Shown piece by piece: positions 45,401-55,678 of a stretch of DNA of 64,000 nt. The first letter of the stretch is position 1. Each line of letters opens with the position of its first letter. This DNA is from an uncultured Gemmatimonadota bacterium (lineage in GTDB: Bacteria > Gemmatimonadota > Gemmatimonadetes > Palauibacterales > Palauibacteraceae). Location of the stretch: the NCBI GenBank assembly GCA_964607465.1, contig CAZSKS010000007.1:15507-79506 (forward strand). Direction: 5' to 3'. Both the position numbers and the translations under genes were made by a program. Under the pieces are notes generated by a model that made no database searches, was not told where the DNA came from, and saw only the letters and a program-made list of their open reading frames with translations.

Positions 45401-45916
45401 GCCTGCGTCGTGACCGAGGCCGACGTGCGGACGTCCCGCCGCAGCGGCCAGGAGTTCGGCCGCCTCACGCTGGAGGACTACCACGGCACCGCCACCGGCC
45501 TCGTCTTCGGCGACACCTGGCAGGACCACCGGCGGCTGCTGGTCCAGGACGCGCCGGTGCTCGTGGAGGGGCGCGTGTCGGGGCGGTCGCGCGACGAGGA
45601 CGATCCCCCCATCTTTGTGGATTCGGCCCGGCGCCTCTCGGAGATCCGCACCAGCGGCCGGGTGGCCGTCTGCATCGAGCTCGGCCGGGCCGACGACCTG
45701 GATCCGGAGGTGTTCGGCGAGGTCCGACGCCGGCTGGAGGCCTCCCCCGGCCAGGGCCCGGTGTACGTGGACTGGCGCAACGGGGACGAGGGGGGCAACG
45801 GCGCCGGTCCCACGCGTCTGGCCTCCCGCACGCTGCAGGTGGAGCCGAGCCGGGACCTCCTGGAGGACCTGCGGGCCCTGCTGGGCCGGGAGCGGGTCCG
45901 ATTCGAGCAGGAGTGA
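42443..45916 (+). CDS. dnaE: DNA polymerase III alpha subunit
   Basis: PHP domain 'SFVHLHTHSEYSLLDG'. 1157 aa. Collinear DnaE-type polymerase, HhH and OB-fold regions. Confidence 0.95.
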   Translation: MSFVHLHTHSEYSLLDGANRIDELVRRTDRLGMPAVALTDHGNLHGAWEFQEKARQRGIHPIIGCEAYVAYGDRRSKEKPPEAPAESAHLVLLAENRTGYDNLIELSSIGYLEGFYRKPRIDHEVLEEHAEGLIVLSACLSGEVAKYLSLDRYEDAKRTAEWYASVFGEENYWLEVQDHGIEGQDRVNEGVFRLADEVGLGVVVTNDAHYLRREDADAHDTLLCIGTGKDKSDEDRLRFETEESYFKSPEEMAELFPDRPELLENTLRIAERCEVSFEESYHLPNFPLPERFGDDDAYLRHLAEEGARERYEAPLPDGVRERLDYELGVIRETGYAGYFLIVWDFIRAARERDIPVGPGRGSAAGSLVAYCLRVTDVDPLRFDLLFERFLNPERLSMPDIDIDFCYERRGEVIDYVRQKYGEASVGQIITFGTMKARAVVRDVGRVLGFTPGETDRLAKLIPSGPGYSLTVEEAVEEVPELEELYRDSDRHRELLDYAMKIEGLSRHSSVHAAGVVIAPGPLTDYVPVCTDAKDGEQTVVTQYDMTALEKAGMLKMDFLGLRTLTVIDDALQAVEDRHGVEVDWEEVGLDDPGVYEMLASGGTSGVFQFESALATEKLRAMRCDRFDDLIAVNALIRPGPLDSGMTDVYIKRKRGMEEVRYPHPALEEVLEPTFGIIVYQEQVMRAAQLLAGYSLAEADVLRKAVGKKDADLIARELERFKERCVENGVDPRRADEIAGLIETFGRYGFNKAHSAAYALLSYRTAWLKAHYPAEFMAALLSSEIGDTDKVVAYIAEARELGIEVLPPDVNESGYKFTVVDDDRIRFGLGAIKGVGESAIRSIMEAREEEGAFASLFDFCCRVDLRLNNRRAQEAMIQAGAMDDLGDRAAMVEGLEAVMSEAQLRKREEETGQGSLFGGDAGPERPRPELPDVASWGEKERLAREKEVLGFYTSGHPLDRFEELVRLYAADVNTANLVEHRDRPVQLACVVTEADVRTSRRSGQEFGRLTLEDYHGTATGLVFGDTWQDHRRLLVQDAPVLVEGRVSGRSRDEDDPPIFVDSARRLSEIRTSGRVAVCIELGRADDLDPEVFGEVRRRLEASPGQGPVYVDWRNGDEGGNGAGPTRLASRTLQVEPSRDLLEDLRALLGRERVRFEQE

Positions 45917-45941
45917 CGCACCGAGCGACCCGGACGGCCCG

Positions 45942-46894
<953 letters not shown>

Positions 46895-46898
<4 letters not shown>

Positions 46899-47911
46899 CG
46901 CCCGGGCCGCCCACCCCGCCCGGCCCCCCGGAGCCGGTGGACGGCGGCGGGGCGCCCGAGCCCGTCGACGGGGGGTCCGGCCCCGAGCCCGTGGACGATG
47001 GGGCCGGCCCCGACGAGCCGCGCCCGGCCGGGCCCCGTCCCGCCGCCCCGGAGGAGGGCCTCCAGATCGCCGAGGTGGAGTTCAAGGGGCTGCGCACGGA
47101 CCATTTCAGCTTCCGCCATCCGGTCCTCCTCAGGGAGGGCGAGTACGTGGTCGTGGAGGCGGACCGCGGTCGGGATGTGGGCCGGACGAAGCGGGCCGTG
47201 GACGCCGCCGAGCACACCTGCGACGGGGGCTGCGAGCACGCGGGCGAGCGGCCCGTGGTGCCGCCCTCCCGGCGGGTGCTCCGGCGGGCGGCGCCGGTGG
47301 ACGTCGAGCGCCTGCTGGAGCTGAGGGAGCAGGAGCCGGAGGTGCGGAAGAAGACCCGGGAGATGGTCCGGGAGCACGGCCTCAAGATGAAGGTCAGCGA
47401 GGCCGAGTGGCAGTGGGACCGGAACAAGCTCACCGTCTACTTCACGGCCGAGAAGCGGGTGGACTTCCGTGAGCTGGTGCGGGACATGGCCCGGACCTTC
47501 CACACCCGGATCGAGCTCCGGCAGATCGGCGTGCGCGACGAGGCGCGACGCGTCGGCGGCATCGGGCGCTGCGGCCGCGAGCTGTGCTGCCGGACCTGGC
47601 TCCAGGACGTGGAGCCGGTCACGCTGCAGCTGGCCAAGGACCAGGGCCTCTCCCTGAACCCGGCACAGATCTCCGGGGCGTGCGGCCGGCTCATGTCCTG
47701 CCTCCGCTACGAGCACGCCTCCTACCAGCAGGCCCGCAAGCGCTACCCCCGGGAGGGCCAGATCCTCTCCACCGCCCGGGGCCGGGAGAAGGTCACCGGA
47801 TGGAATCACCTGAAGGGCACCGTCTCCCTGCGGGGACCCGAGGGCGAGGAGCGCGAGGTCGACCTGGAGGCGCTCAAGGAGGAGACGTCCGCCGCCCGGG
47901 CGGAGGGCTGA
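46895..47911 (+). CDS. PSP1 C-terminal domain protein (YaaT/RicT-like)
   Basis: ORF 46238..47911. Start placed at GTG 46895 (GTGA overlap with accA); a later start is possible. 'KLTVYFTAEKRVDFRELVRDMARTFHTRIELRQIG' and the Cys cluster 'CGRELCCRTW...GACGRLMSCL'. Confidence 0.8.
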
Positions 47912-47912
47912 G

Positions 47913-49472
47913 ATGGCCCGGACGTACTATCTGACCACCGCCATCGACTACGCCAACGGCGAGCCCCACGCGGGCCACGCCTTCGAGAAGGTCGGGGCGG
48001 ACGCGGTGGCCCGGTACCGCCGCCGCCTCGGAGACGACGTCAGGTTCGTCATCGGCATGGACGAGCACGGACAGAGCATCGTCCAGGAGGCCGAGCGGCG
48101 GGGGGTGTCGCCCCAGGAGCTGGTGGACCAGATGGCCGTGCTGTTCCGCGACAGCTGGGACCGGCTCCGGATCTCCTACGACGACTTCATCCGCACCACC
48201 GAGGAGCGGCACCGGCGGGCCGTCGAGGCCGTCGTGGAGCGCGTGCGGGAGGCGGGCGACCTCTACCGCGACAGCTACGAGGGCTACTACTGCGTACGCT
48301 GCGAGGCCTTCAAGAAGGAGGAGGAGCTGGTGGACGGGCGGTGCCCGAACCACCCGAACCGGGAGATCCAGTGGACGGAGGAGGAGAACTTCTTCTTCCG
48401 GCTGTCGGCCTACCGGGACCGGCTGCTGGAGCACGTCCGGGAGCATCCCGAGTTCATCCGACCCGACAGCCGGCGCAACGAGATCCTCCGGCTGCTGGAA
48501 GGCGGCCTGGACGACGTCTCGGCCTCCCGCCCCCGGATCCGCTGGGGGACCCCCTTCCCCGGGGAGGAGGAGCACACCGTCTACGTGTGGGTGGACGCCC
48601 TCACCAACTACCTCTCGGCCACCGGATTCCCCGGCGAGGGCTACGAGCGGTGGTGGCCCGCCCAGCTCCACGTCATCGGGAAGGACATCACCCGCTTCCA
48701 CTGCGTCATCTGGCCGGCGCTCCTGATGTCGGCCGGCCTGGAGCTGCCGGAGTCGGTGTGGGGCCACGGCTTCGTGAGCGTGGACGGCGGCAAGATCTCG
48801 AAGTCGGCGGGCGCCCGGCTGGAGCTGGACGCCCTGGTGGAGCGCCACGGGGCCGACGCCTTCCGCTACTTCCTGCTCCGGGAGGCGCCCTGGGACGGCG
48901 ACCGGGACTTCCCCAGCCCCGAGGGGCTGCTGGAGCGCTTCGACCGCCGCTACGACACCGAGCTGGCCAACGACCTGGGCAACCTCCTGAACCGGGTGGT
49001 CTCGATGGTGGGGAAGTACCGGGACGGGAAGGTGCCGACGGGCGGTGAGACGGCGCTGGACGAGGCCCGGCGGGCCGGGCTGGAGGACTACCACGCCTCG
49101 ATGGCGGACCTGATGCTCCACCGCGGGCTGGACGCGGCGCTGGAGCTGGTGCGTCGGGCCAACCGCTACGTGGACGAGGCGCGGCCCTGGGAGCTGGCGA
49201 AGCGGGAGCGGGAGATCGCCGGGGAGGACCGGAGCCCCGACGACGAGGTGGAGGCCGAGCTGGACGCGGTCCTCGGCTCCCTGCTGCGGACGCTGGCCGC
49301 CACGGCCGCCATGCTCGAGCCCTTCGTACCGGCCAAGGCGGCCGAGATGTGGGAGCAGCTGGGAGGATCCGGTCCCTTCCCCACCTTCGGGGAGCTGGAG
49401 GAGCGGGTGGCGGCCCTGGACCGGGCGCCGGGCGGCGAGGTGCTCTTCCCGCGGCGGGATCTCGAGGGCTGA
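47913..49472 (+). CDS. metG: Methionyl-tRNA synthetase
   Basis: 519 aa. HIGH-type 'EPHAGHAFE', KMSKS-type 'KISKS', Zn knuckle 'CVRCEAF...CPNHP'. Confidence 0.9.
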   Translation: MARTYYLTTAIDYANGEPHAGHAFEKVGADAVARYRRRLGDDVRFVIGMDEHGQSIVQEAERRGVSPQELVDQMAVLFRDSWDRLRISYDDFIRTTEERHRRAVEAVVERVREAGDLYRDSYEGYYCVRCEAFKKEEELVDGRCPNHPNREIQWTEEENFFFRLSAYRDRLLEHVREHPEFIRPDSRRNEILRLLEGGLDDVSASRPRIRWGTPFPGEEEHTVYVWVDALTNYLSATGFPGEGYERWWPAQLHVIGKDITRFHCVIWPALLMSAGLELPESVWGHGFVSVDGGKISKSAGARLELDALVERHGADAFRYFLLREAPWDGDRDFPSPEGLLERFDRRYDTELANDLGNLLNRVVSMVGKYRDGKVPTGGETALDEARRAGLEDYHASMADLMLHRGLDAALELVRRANRYVDEARPWELAKREREIAGEDRSPDDEVEAELDAVLGSLLRTLAATAAMLEPFVPAKAAEMWEQLGGSGPFPTFGELEERVAALDRAPGGEVLFPRRDLEG

Positions 49473-49744
49473 GCGGGCCGGCGCGAGGGGCGGAGAGGCC
49501 GTCTGGAGGGCCGGAGAGGCGGCGCTGGAGAGGCAACAACGTGTCGTCGGGCTGAAAAAGCTTCAGACCGGGTCGTCGTCGGACGACCCCGTCGAGGGGA
49601 GGATATCCGGGTCGAAGTCTTTGACTGACAGTAGGATGCGGCCAAGTTTGGCGGGTCGTGGTGTGCCGCTTGCGGCTCTGTTGTCCCTCGCGACGCGCAC
49701 GCCGTACGGCCCGAGACCTCAGACCTGAGCCAGGCTCCAGCCCC

Positions 49745-50647
49745 ATGAGCGATCGCTGGACAGTCCAGATCGTACCCCCGGGAGGGGGTCGCACGAAGAG
49801 CGTCCGCCTGGGAGGGCGGACCCTCGTGACGGTGCTGGCCTCGCTGGTGGCGCTGGCGGGGAGCGTGGCCGTGTGGGCTCTCGTCTTCGCCGACACCGCC
49901 GTGGACGCGGCCCGCCTGGCCAGCCTGCAGGAGGAGAACCGGCAGCTCAGCTCCCGGGTCCAGACCATGGAGCGTCGCAGCGACCGGCTGGCCGGCGCCC
50001 TGGACGAGCTGGCCGTCAAGGAGGAGCGCTTCCGCCTGGTGGCCGGGCTCCCGCTGATCGATCCCGAGGTCCGCGAGGTCGGCATCGGCGGACCGTCGGC
50101 CGTCCTCGAGGAGGGCGACGCGGGCCGGGTCGGCCAGGAGCTGGACCGGCTGATGCGGCGGGCCGATCTGCTCTCCACCAGCCTCTCCGAGGCCACCGAC
50201 TCCATGCGGGTGAGCCGCGAGGTCTTCCTCTCCCGGCCCTCCATCCGACCGGTGGCCAGCCGGGACGCCTGGATCAGCTCGGGCTTCAGCCGGAGCCGCC
50301 TCCATCCCATCCTCCACGACAGCCGCCCGCACACGGGCATCGACATCACGGCCCGGGGCGGAGCCCCGATCCTGGCGTCCGGCCGGGGGACGGTGACCCA
50401 CGTGGGCGAGACGTCGGGCTACGGCAAGATGGTCGAGATCGATCACGGCTACGGCTACAAGACCCGCTACGCCCACGCCTCCGACATCCTGGTCCGCCGG
50501 GGCGACAGGGTCCAGCGGGGGGACGTCATCGGGAAGGTGGGCGAGACGGGGCTGACCACCGGCCCGAACCTCCACTACGAGGTGCTGGTGAACGGCCGCG
50601 CCGTGGATCCCCGCCCGTTCCTCCTCGACGAGCGCCTCTTTCAGTAG
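49745..50647 (+). CDS. M23 (LytM-type) peptidase with N-terminal TM segment and coiled coil
   Basis: ORF 49658..50647. Start placed at ATG 49745. 'HTGIDI', 'GYGKMVEIDHGYGYKTRYAH', 'GPNLHYEV'. Confidence 0.85.
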   Translation: MSDRWTVQIVPPGGGRTKSVRLGGRTLVTVLASLVALAGSVAVWALVFADTAVDAARLASLQEENRQLSSRVQTMERRSDRLAGALDELAVKEERFRLVAGLPLIDPEVREVGIGGPSAVLEEGDAGRVGQELDRLMRRADLLSTSLSEATDSMRVSREVFLSRPSIRPVASRDAWISSGFSRSRLHPILHDSRPHTGIDITARGGAPILASGRGTVTHVGETSGYGKMVEIDHGYGYKTRYAHASDILVRRGDRVQRGDVIGKVGETGLTTGPNLHYEVLVNGRAVDPRPFLLDERLFQ

Positions 50648-50880
50648 CCTCTTCCATGGCGCCGGGCGTCGACCCGGCCAGCGCCCTCCCGGCTCGCGGG
50701 CACCCCGTGCCGGCGCCGGCGGGCGGCCCTACCCGTTGATTCCCCGCAATCGGCCGCCTACCTTCTGATCTCGATTCCGGGGGCGCGATGCTTGCCCGCC
50801 CGAGGCCTCGCCGGTCGGCGTGCGCGGCGCCGGCGGGCCTCCCGTCGATCGACAGCGATCACCCCAGACCGGAGCGATCC

Positions 50881-51645
50881 ATGCGGTCACGACCCTGGCT
50901 CTTCACCCTTCTCGCCCCCGCCTTCCTGCTCCTCACCGCCTGCGACGGTGGGCCGGTCACCGTACAGGTGTCGGCCGGGCCGGCGACGGGCGAGGCCCAG
51001 CCGGTGGAGGACGTGGTGGTCCAGTTCCTCCCCTACGACCGGGACTCGATCTTCGAGGCCATGGCGTCGCAGGCCGAGGAGCCCGAGCCCGAGATCCCGC
51101 AGGACCTGCGCGAGCAGTTCGACCAGGTGATCGAGGCGCAGCAGGTGTGGCGGGACGCCGAGAGCCAGTGGAACCGGGTGCGGGACAGCCTCAAGCAGCT
51201 CTCGGGGCAGATGGAGGGCCTGGACCGGCAGAGCCGGGAGTATCTGGAGCTCTTCGACACGTTCAACGAGCTGGAGAAGCGGGTGAACGCGCTGGACCAG
51301 CGGCGGGCGCAGCTCTTCGCCCGCTTCGACAGCCTCCAGAAGGCCACCGTGGCCCGCGCAGATTCGGTGCAGTCGGTGATCCTGGCCTGGGAGAGCGACG
51401 CCTTCGAGGGCTACAACGCCCTCGTCGACAGCCTGCTCGAGGCCCGGGGGATCGAGGTCCGCTCGGACACGACCGACGCCGAGGGCTACGCCAGGGTCAA
51501 CCTGCCCGGCGGTGACTGGTGGGTGTACGCCCGTCACACGCCGGGTCCCTTCGAGGAGCTCTACTGGAACCTCCACGTGGTGCCTTCGGAGGCCGACACC
51601 CTGATCCTCGATCGTGAGAACGCCGAGGTACGTCCGCGGCTGTGA
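50881..51645 (+). CDS. Hypothetical lipoprotein with coiled-coil region
   Basis: ORF 50788..51645. Start placed at ATG 50881. Lipobox 'FLLLTAC'. No recognisable catalytic motif. Confidence 0.55.
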   Translation: MRSRPWLFTLLAPAFLLLTACDGGPVTVQVSAGPATGEAQPVEDVVVQFLPYDRDSIFEAMASQAEEPEPEIPQDLREQFDQVIEAQQVWRDAESQWNRVRDSLKQLSGQMEGLDRQSREYLELFDTFNELEKRVNALDQRRAQLFARFDSLQKATVARADSVQSVILAWESDAFEGYNALVDSLLEARGIEVRSDTTDAEGYARVNLPGGDWWVYARHTPGPFEELYWNLHVVPSEADTLILDRENAEVRPRL

Positions 51646-51699
51646 GGCCGCGCAAGGCGGGCGCGGGCGACCGCACGTGAGCGCGGAGGCCGCGTCCTG

Positions 51700-53856
51700 A
51701 TGGACCGAGAGCGGGGGAGCTTCTCGCTGGAGGTGGACGGGGACGGCGTCGCCTGGGTCACCTTCGACCAGCCCGACTCCGAGGTCAACCTGCTCGGCAC
51801 CTCCACCATGGAGGAGTTCGACGAGCTCCTGGGCGACCTGGAGTCGCGCATCGCCACCGGCAAGGTGGTGGCGGTCGTCCTCCGGAGCGGGAAGCCGTCG
51901 AGCTTCGTGGCCGGGGCCGACGTCCACGAGATCGCCGAGCTCCGGGACGCCGAGGAGGCGGCCGCCAAGGCCCGCGAGGGCCAGCGCATCTTCCGCCGCC
52001 TGGACCGGCTGGCCGTTCCCACCGTGGCCGCCGTGCACGGGACCTGCCTGGGCGGCGGCACCGAGATGATCCTCGCCTGCGACTACCGTCTGGCGTCCGA
52101 CGACCAGGACACGACGATCGGGCTGCCGGAGGTGAAGCTCGGCATCCTGCCGGGCTTCGGTGGCACCACCCGTCTGCCCCGGGTGTGCGGCATCCAGAAC
52201 GCCCTGGACGTCATCCTGGCCGGCAAGTCCGTCGGCCCGTCGCGGGCCCGTCGGATGGGCCTGGTCCACCGGGTGGCCGGCGCCGACCGCTACGGCGACG
52301 CCGTGGACGAGTTCGTGGCGGACGTCCTGGCCGGGCGCGTGGACCGGGACGCCCACGACAAGTCGCTCCTGGAGCGCCTCCTGGAGGACACCGCGCCCGG
52401 ACGGGAGCTCCTCTTCTGGATCGCGCGACGCAGGACCCTGGAGCGCACGGAGGGGAACTACCCGGCGCCGGTCCGGGCGCTGGAGGTGATCCGGGAGACG
52501 TACACCCTGTCCCTGGACGACGCGCTGGAGGTCGAGGCCCGGGCCCTGGGGGAGCTGGCCCTCACGCCGGAGTCCCGCAACCTGACGCGGGTGTTCCTCC
52601 TGACCCGGGAGGCGAAGCGCGCGCTCCCCGAGGAGGTCCTGGACGCGCGGCGGCCCGTGGAGAAGCTGGGCGTGGTGGGCGCCGGTGTCATGGGCGGCGC
52701 CATCGCCGAGCTGGCGGCCGCCAACGACGTACCGGTCGTCCTCAAGGACGTCGACCAGGAGCCGCTGGACGACGGCCTCCGCCACGCGAAGGAGCTGCTG
52801 GAGAAGGCCGCCCGCAAGGGCGTCTTCAGCGAGGAGGAGGCCGGGCTGAAGTTCTCCCTCGTGGAGGGGACCCTCTCCTACGAGCCCTTCCGGGACGTGG
52901 ACCTGGTGGTGGAGGCGGTCGTCGAGAAGATGGCCGTCAAGAAGCAGGTGCTGCGGGAAGTGGAGGAGGTCATCCCCGAGGAGGCGATCTTCACCACGAA
53001 CACCTCGTCGCTCTCGGTCACCGAGATGGCCTCGGCCTCCGAGCGGCCCGAGCGGATCGCCGGGCTGCACTTCTTCAACCCGGTCCACAAGATGCCCCTG
53101 GTGGAGGTCGTCCGGACCGAGGACACCAGCCAGGCGACGCTGGCCGCCGCCCTCGGCTTCGCGCTGGACATGGGCAAGAACCCCGTCCTGGTGAAGGACG
53201 GCCCGGGCTTCCTGGTCAACCGTGTGCTGGCCCCCTACCTGAACGAGGCCGGCTACCTGCTGGAAGAGGGGGCCGGCGTCCGGGCGGTGGACCAGGCGCT
53301 CTCCGACTACGGGATGCCGATGGGTCCCTGTCGGCTGCTGGACGAGGTCGGGCTGGACGTGGCCCACCACGTCAGCGGCGTGATGGCCGAGGCGTTCGGT
53401 GACCGGATGAAGCCGGCCGGCGTCGTGGACCAGCTCCTGGAGGACGGGCGCGTCGGCAAGAAGGGGGGGCTGGGCTTCTACGTCTACAGGGACGGCGAGC
53501 AGAAGAAGGTCGACCCGGAGCTGAAGCGGATCCTCCCCCGGCCCGAGACCGCTTCGCCCGGGGCGGACGAGGTCCGGCGGCGCAGCCTCTACCTCATGGT
53601 CAACGAGGCCGCCCACGCCCTGGAGGACGGCGTCGTGGAGGACGCGGGCATGGTGGACCTGGCCATGGTGATGGGAACGGGCTTCCCGCCCTTCCGCGGC
53701 GGCCCGCTCCGGTGGGCCGACATGGAGGGCCTCGACGTGATCCTGGAGGGGCTCCGGGGCTTCCAGGACCGGCTGGGTCCCCGCTTCCGGCCAGCGGACC
53801 TCCTCGTGCGAAAGGCGGAGCGGGGACGAACGTTCACGAACCCTGACTTCCTCTAG
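51700..53856 (+). CDS. Fatty-acid oxidation multifunctional protein (enoyl-CoA hydratase + 3-hydroxyacyl-CoA dehydrogenase)
   Basis: 718 aa. Crotonase-fold N-terminus 'FVAGADV...GGGTEMILACDYR'. NAD site 'GVVGAGVMGGAIA'. Two 3HCDH C-terminal regions. Confidence 0.9.
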   Translation: MDRERGSFSLEVDGDGVAWVTFDQPDSEVNLLGTSTMEEFDELLGDLESRIATGKVVAVVLRSGKPSSFVAGADVHEIAELRDAEEAAAKAREGQRIFRRLDRLAVPTVAAVHGTCLGGGTEMILACDYRLASDDQDTTIGLPEVKLGILPGFGGTTRLPRVCGIQNALDVILAGKSVGPSRARRMGLVHRVAGADRYGDAVDEFVADVLAGRVDRDAHDKSLLERLLEDTAPGRELLFWIARRRTLERTEGNYPAPVRALEVIRETYTLSLDDALEVEARALGELALTPESRNLTRVFLLTREAKRALPEEVLDARRPVEKLGVVGAGVMGGAIAELAAANDVPVVLKDVDQEPLDDGLRHAKELLEKAARKGVFSEEEAGLKFSLVEGTLSYEPFRDVDLVVEAVVEKMAVKKQVLREVEEVIPEEAIFTTNTSSLSVTEMASASERPERIAGLHFFNPVHKMPLVEVVRTEDTSQATLAAALGFALDMGKNPVLVKDGPGFLVNRVLAPYLNEAGYLLEEGAGVRAVDQALSDYGMPMGPCRLLDEVGLDVAHHVSGVMAEAFGDRMKPAGVVDQLLEDGRVGKKGGLGFYVYRDGEQKKVDPELKRILPRPETASPGADEVRRRSLYLMVNEAAHALEDGVVEDAGMVDLAMVMGTGFPPFRGGPLRWADMEGLDVILEGLRGFQDRLGPRFRPADLLVRKAERGRTFTNPDFL

Positions 53857-53908
53857 TCGCCCTCCCGCCGCGGGCGGCCTCCGGGCCACGCGGCCCCGCC
53901 GCTCCCGC

Positions 53909-54892
53909 GTGGAGATCGTCTACGTCCGTCCCCCGGACGACGTCCGTCGGCATCGACAGGAGCTGCTGCTGGACGAGCCCCACCTCAAGATCACGCTGCT
54001 CCGCCGACCCGCCGGAGCGGAGGAGCGGGAGCTGGCCGACGGCGTCGTGCTGGAGCCCGGGGCCCGCCTGCTGTGGTTCACCTTCCCCGGCCGGCGCTAC
54101 GAAGTCGCCGCCGTTCACGACCGCCAGGGGCGGCTCCTGGGCCACTACACGAACCTCATCCTCCCGCCGGACACCGAGGGCGACAGCTGGCGCATCACCG
54201 ACCTGTTCCTGGACGTGTGGCAGCCGGCGGAGGGACCGGTCCGCGTGCTGGACGCGGACGAGTTCGAGGCCGCCCGGGAGGAGGACCTGATCTCCGAGGC
54301 GACGGCCCGGGCGGCCGCCGCCACCTGTCGCGAGATCGAGGACCGGGCCCGGCGGGGCGACTGGCCCCCGGAGCCGGTGCGGGACTGGCCGCTGGAGAGC
54401 GTCCCCTCCCTCCGGCTGCGACGGGACGAGCCGGGCACCTACTACGCCAACAAGGTCGCGGGCCGCGTCATCGCCTTCGGCATCTACTTCCTGGGGGCCG
54501 CTTCCCTCACCTCGCTGGCCTTCGCCGCCTTCACCGACGCCCTTGTGTCGGCCGGGACGGCACGGTCCGCCTGGACGGCGCTGCTGGTGGCCGAGGCGGC
54601 GGGTCTGCTGGCCGTAACCCTGGCCGGGCGCCTCCCCGCGACCCGGTGGGTGCGGCCCCGGGAGGCGATGACCGAGAGCACGCTCTTCCTGGGAGCCGTG
54701 GTGACGGCGCTGGCGGTCCTCCTGGTGCAGAGCAGCGAGCTGTGGAACGTGCTGGTGGCGTCGATCTACGCGGCCCTGGGATTCTTCCTCGCCGTCTTCG
54801 CCGCCTGCCGGCTGGTCTTCGACCGCCGGACGCCGGGACTGGCCCTGGTCGGCCTGGCGGTGTGCGCCGCCGCGCTGGTGGTGCTCTTCTGA
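53909..54892 (+). CDS. DUF402-domain protein fused to a predicted 4-TM C-terminal region
   Basis: GTG start. 'GHYTNLILPP...ITDLFLDVWQPAEGPVRVLDADEFEAA' is DUF402-like. The C-terminal ~150 aa contain four hydrophobic helices. Confidence 0.65.
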   Translation: MEIVYVRPPDDVRRHRQELLLDEPHLKITLLRRPAGAEERELADGVVLEPGARLLWFTFPGRRYEVAAVHDRQGRLLGHYTNLILPPDTEGDSWRITDLFLDVWQPAEGPVRVLDADEFEAAREEDLISEATARAAAATCREIEDRARRGDWPPEPVRDWPLESVPSLRLRRDEPGTYYANKVAGRVIAFGIYFLGAASLTSLAFAAFTDALVSAGTARSAWTALLVAEAAGLLAVTLAGRLPATRWVRPREAMTESTLFLGAVVTALAVLLVQSSELWNVLVASIYAALGFFLAVFAACRLVFDRRTPGLALVGLAVCAAALVVLF

Positions 54893-55584
54893 CCCTCCCG
54901 CCCTCCGCGCGGAGCTCCACCCGACATCGGCGTCGCACGCTGGCGGCCGTCGGCTTCGCCGTCTACTTCGCGCTGGTCTGGCTGCTGTGGGGGACGCCCT
55001 GGGTGGCCCCCCTCCGGCTGCTGATGGTCCTGCTCCACGAGGTGAGCCACGGGCTGGCGGCGCTGGCCACCGGCGGCCGCATCGAGGAAATCGTGGTCAC
55101 CCTGGACGAGGGGGGATGGTGCGCCTGCCCGGGGGGCAACGCCTTCGTGACTCTGTCGGCGGGCTATCTGGGCAGCCTGGCCTGGGGGGCGGGCCTGCTG
55201 GCCGCCGCCTCCGCGGGCCGGCGGACCTCGCGCCTGGTGCTGGGCGGAACGGGGACGCTCCTGCTGGCCTTCGCCGTCCTCCACGTCGGCGGCGCGACGG
55301 CGCTGGTGGTGGCGGGCGCCGCCGGGGGCGTGCTGCTGGCGGCGTCCCTGAAGCTGACACGGACCGGCCGGGCCCTGGTGCTGGCCTTCCTGGGGCTGAC
55401 GAGCTGCCTCTACGCCGTCCTGGACGTGAAGAGCGACGTCCTGGAGCGTCCCGGCGCCCCCTCCGACGCCGCGGCCCTGGCGGACATCACGGGGATCCCG
55501 GGGGTCGTCTGGGGCGTCCTCTGGATCGCCGTCTCCCTGGCCGTCTCCGCCCGGGTGCTCCGGCGGGCGTGGCGGCGGCTCTAG
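54862..55584 (+). CDS. M50B-like integral-membrane metallopeptidase
   Basis: Tail of ORF 54073..55584. 'LLMVLLHEVSHGLAAL' (HExxH inside a TM helix) and multiple TM helices. The start is uncertain: GTG 54862 chosen, GTG 55003 or ATG 55024 possible. Confidence 0.55.
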   Translation: MRRRAGGALLTLPPSARSSTRHRRRTLAAVGFAVYFALVWLLWGTPWVAPLRLLMVLLHEVSHGLAALATGGRIEEIVVTLDEGGWCACPGGNAFVTLSAGYLGSLAWGAGLLAAASAGRRTSRLVLGGTGTLLLAFAVLHVGGATALVVAGAAGGVLLAASLKLTRTGRALVLAFLGLTSCLYAVLDVKSDVLERPGAPSDAAALADITGIPGVVWGVLWIAVSLAVSARVLRRAWRRL

Positions 55585-55678
55585 CGGACAGGCCTTGCGG
55601 GCCGGCGGGCGCATGTCGCGGGGTACGCCCCGGGCGGCGGGCAGCCCGCTCGCCGCCGGGCGAGGACGCGCCCGCCCG

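Noticed and set aside
49473-49744. The lower-GC 272-bp gap after metG has small hairpins (CTGAA-aaagc-TTCAG, GTCGTC-gtcg-GACGAC), three GGAGAGGC words and a TTGACT hexamer.
   Set aside because: The stems are short, there is no U-tract and no convincing -10 element. I cannot tell terminator, promoter or ncRNA apart from sequence alone.
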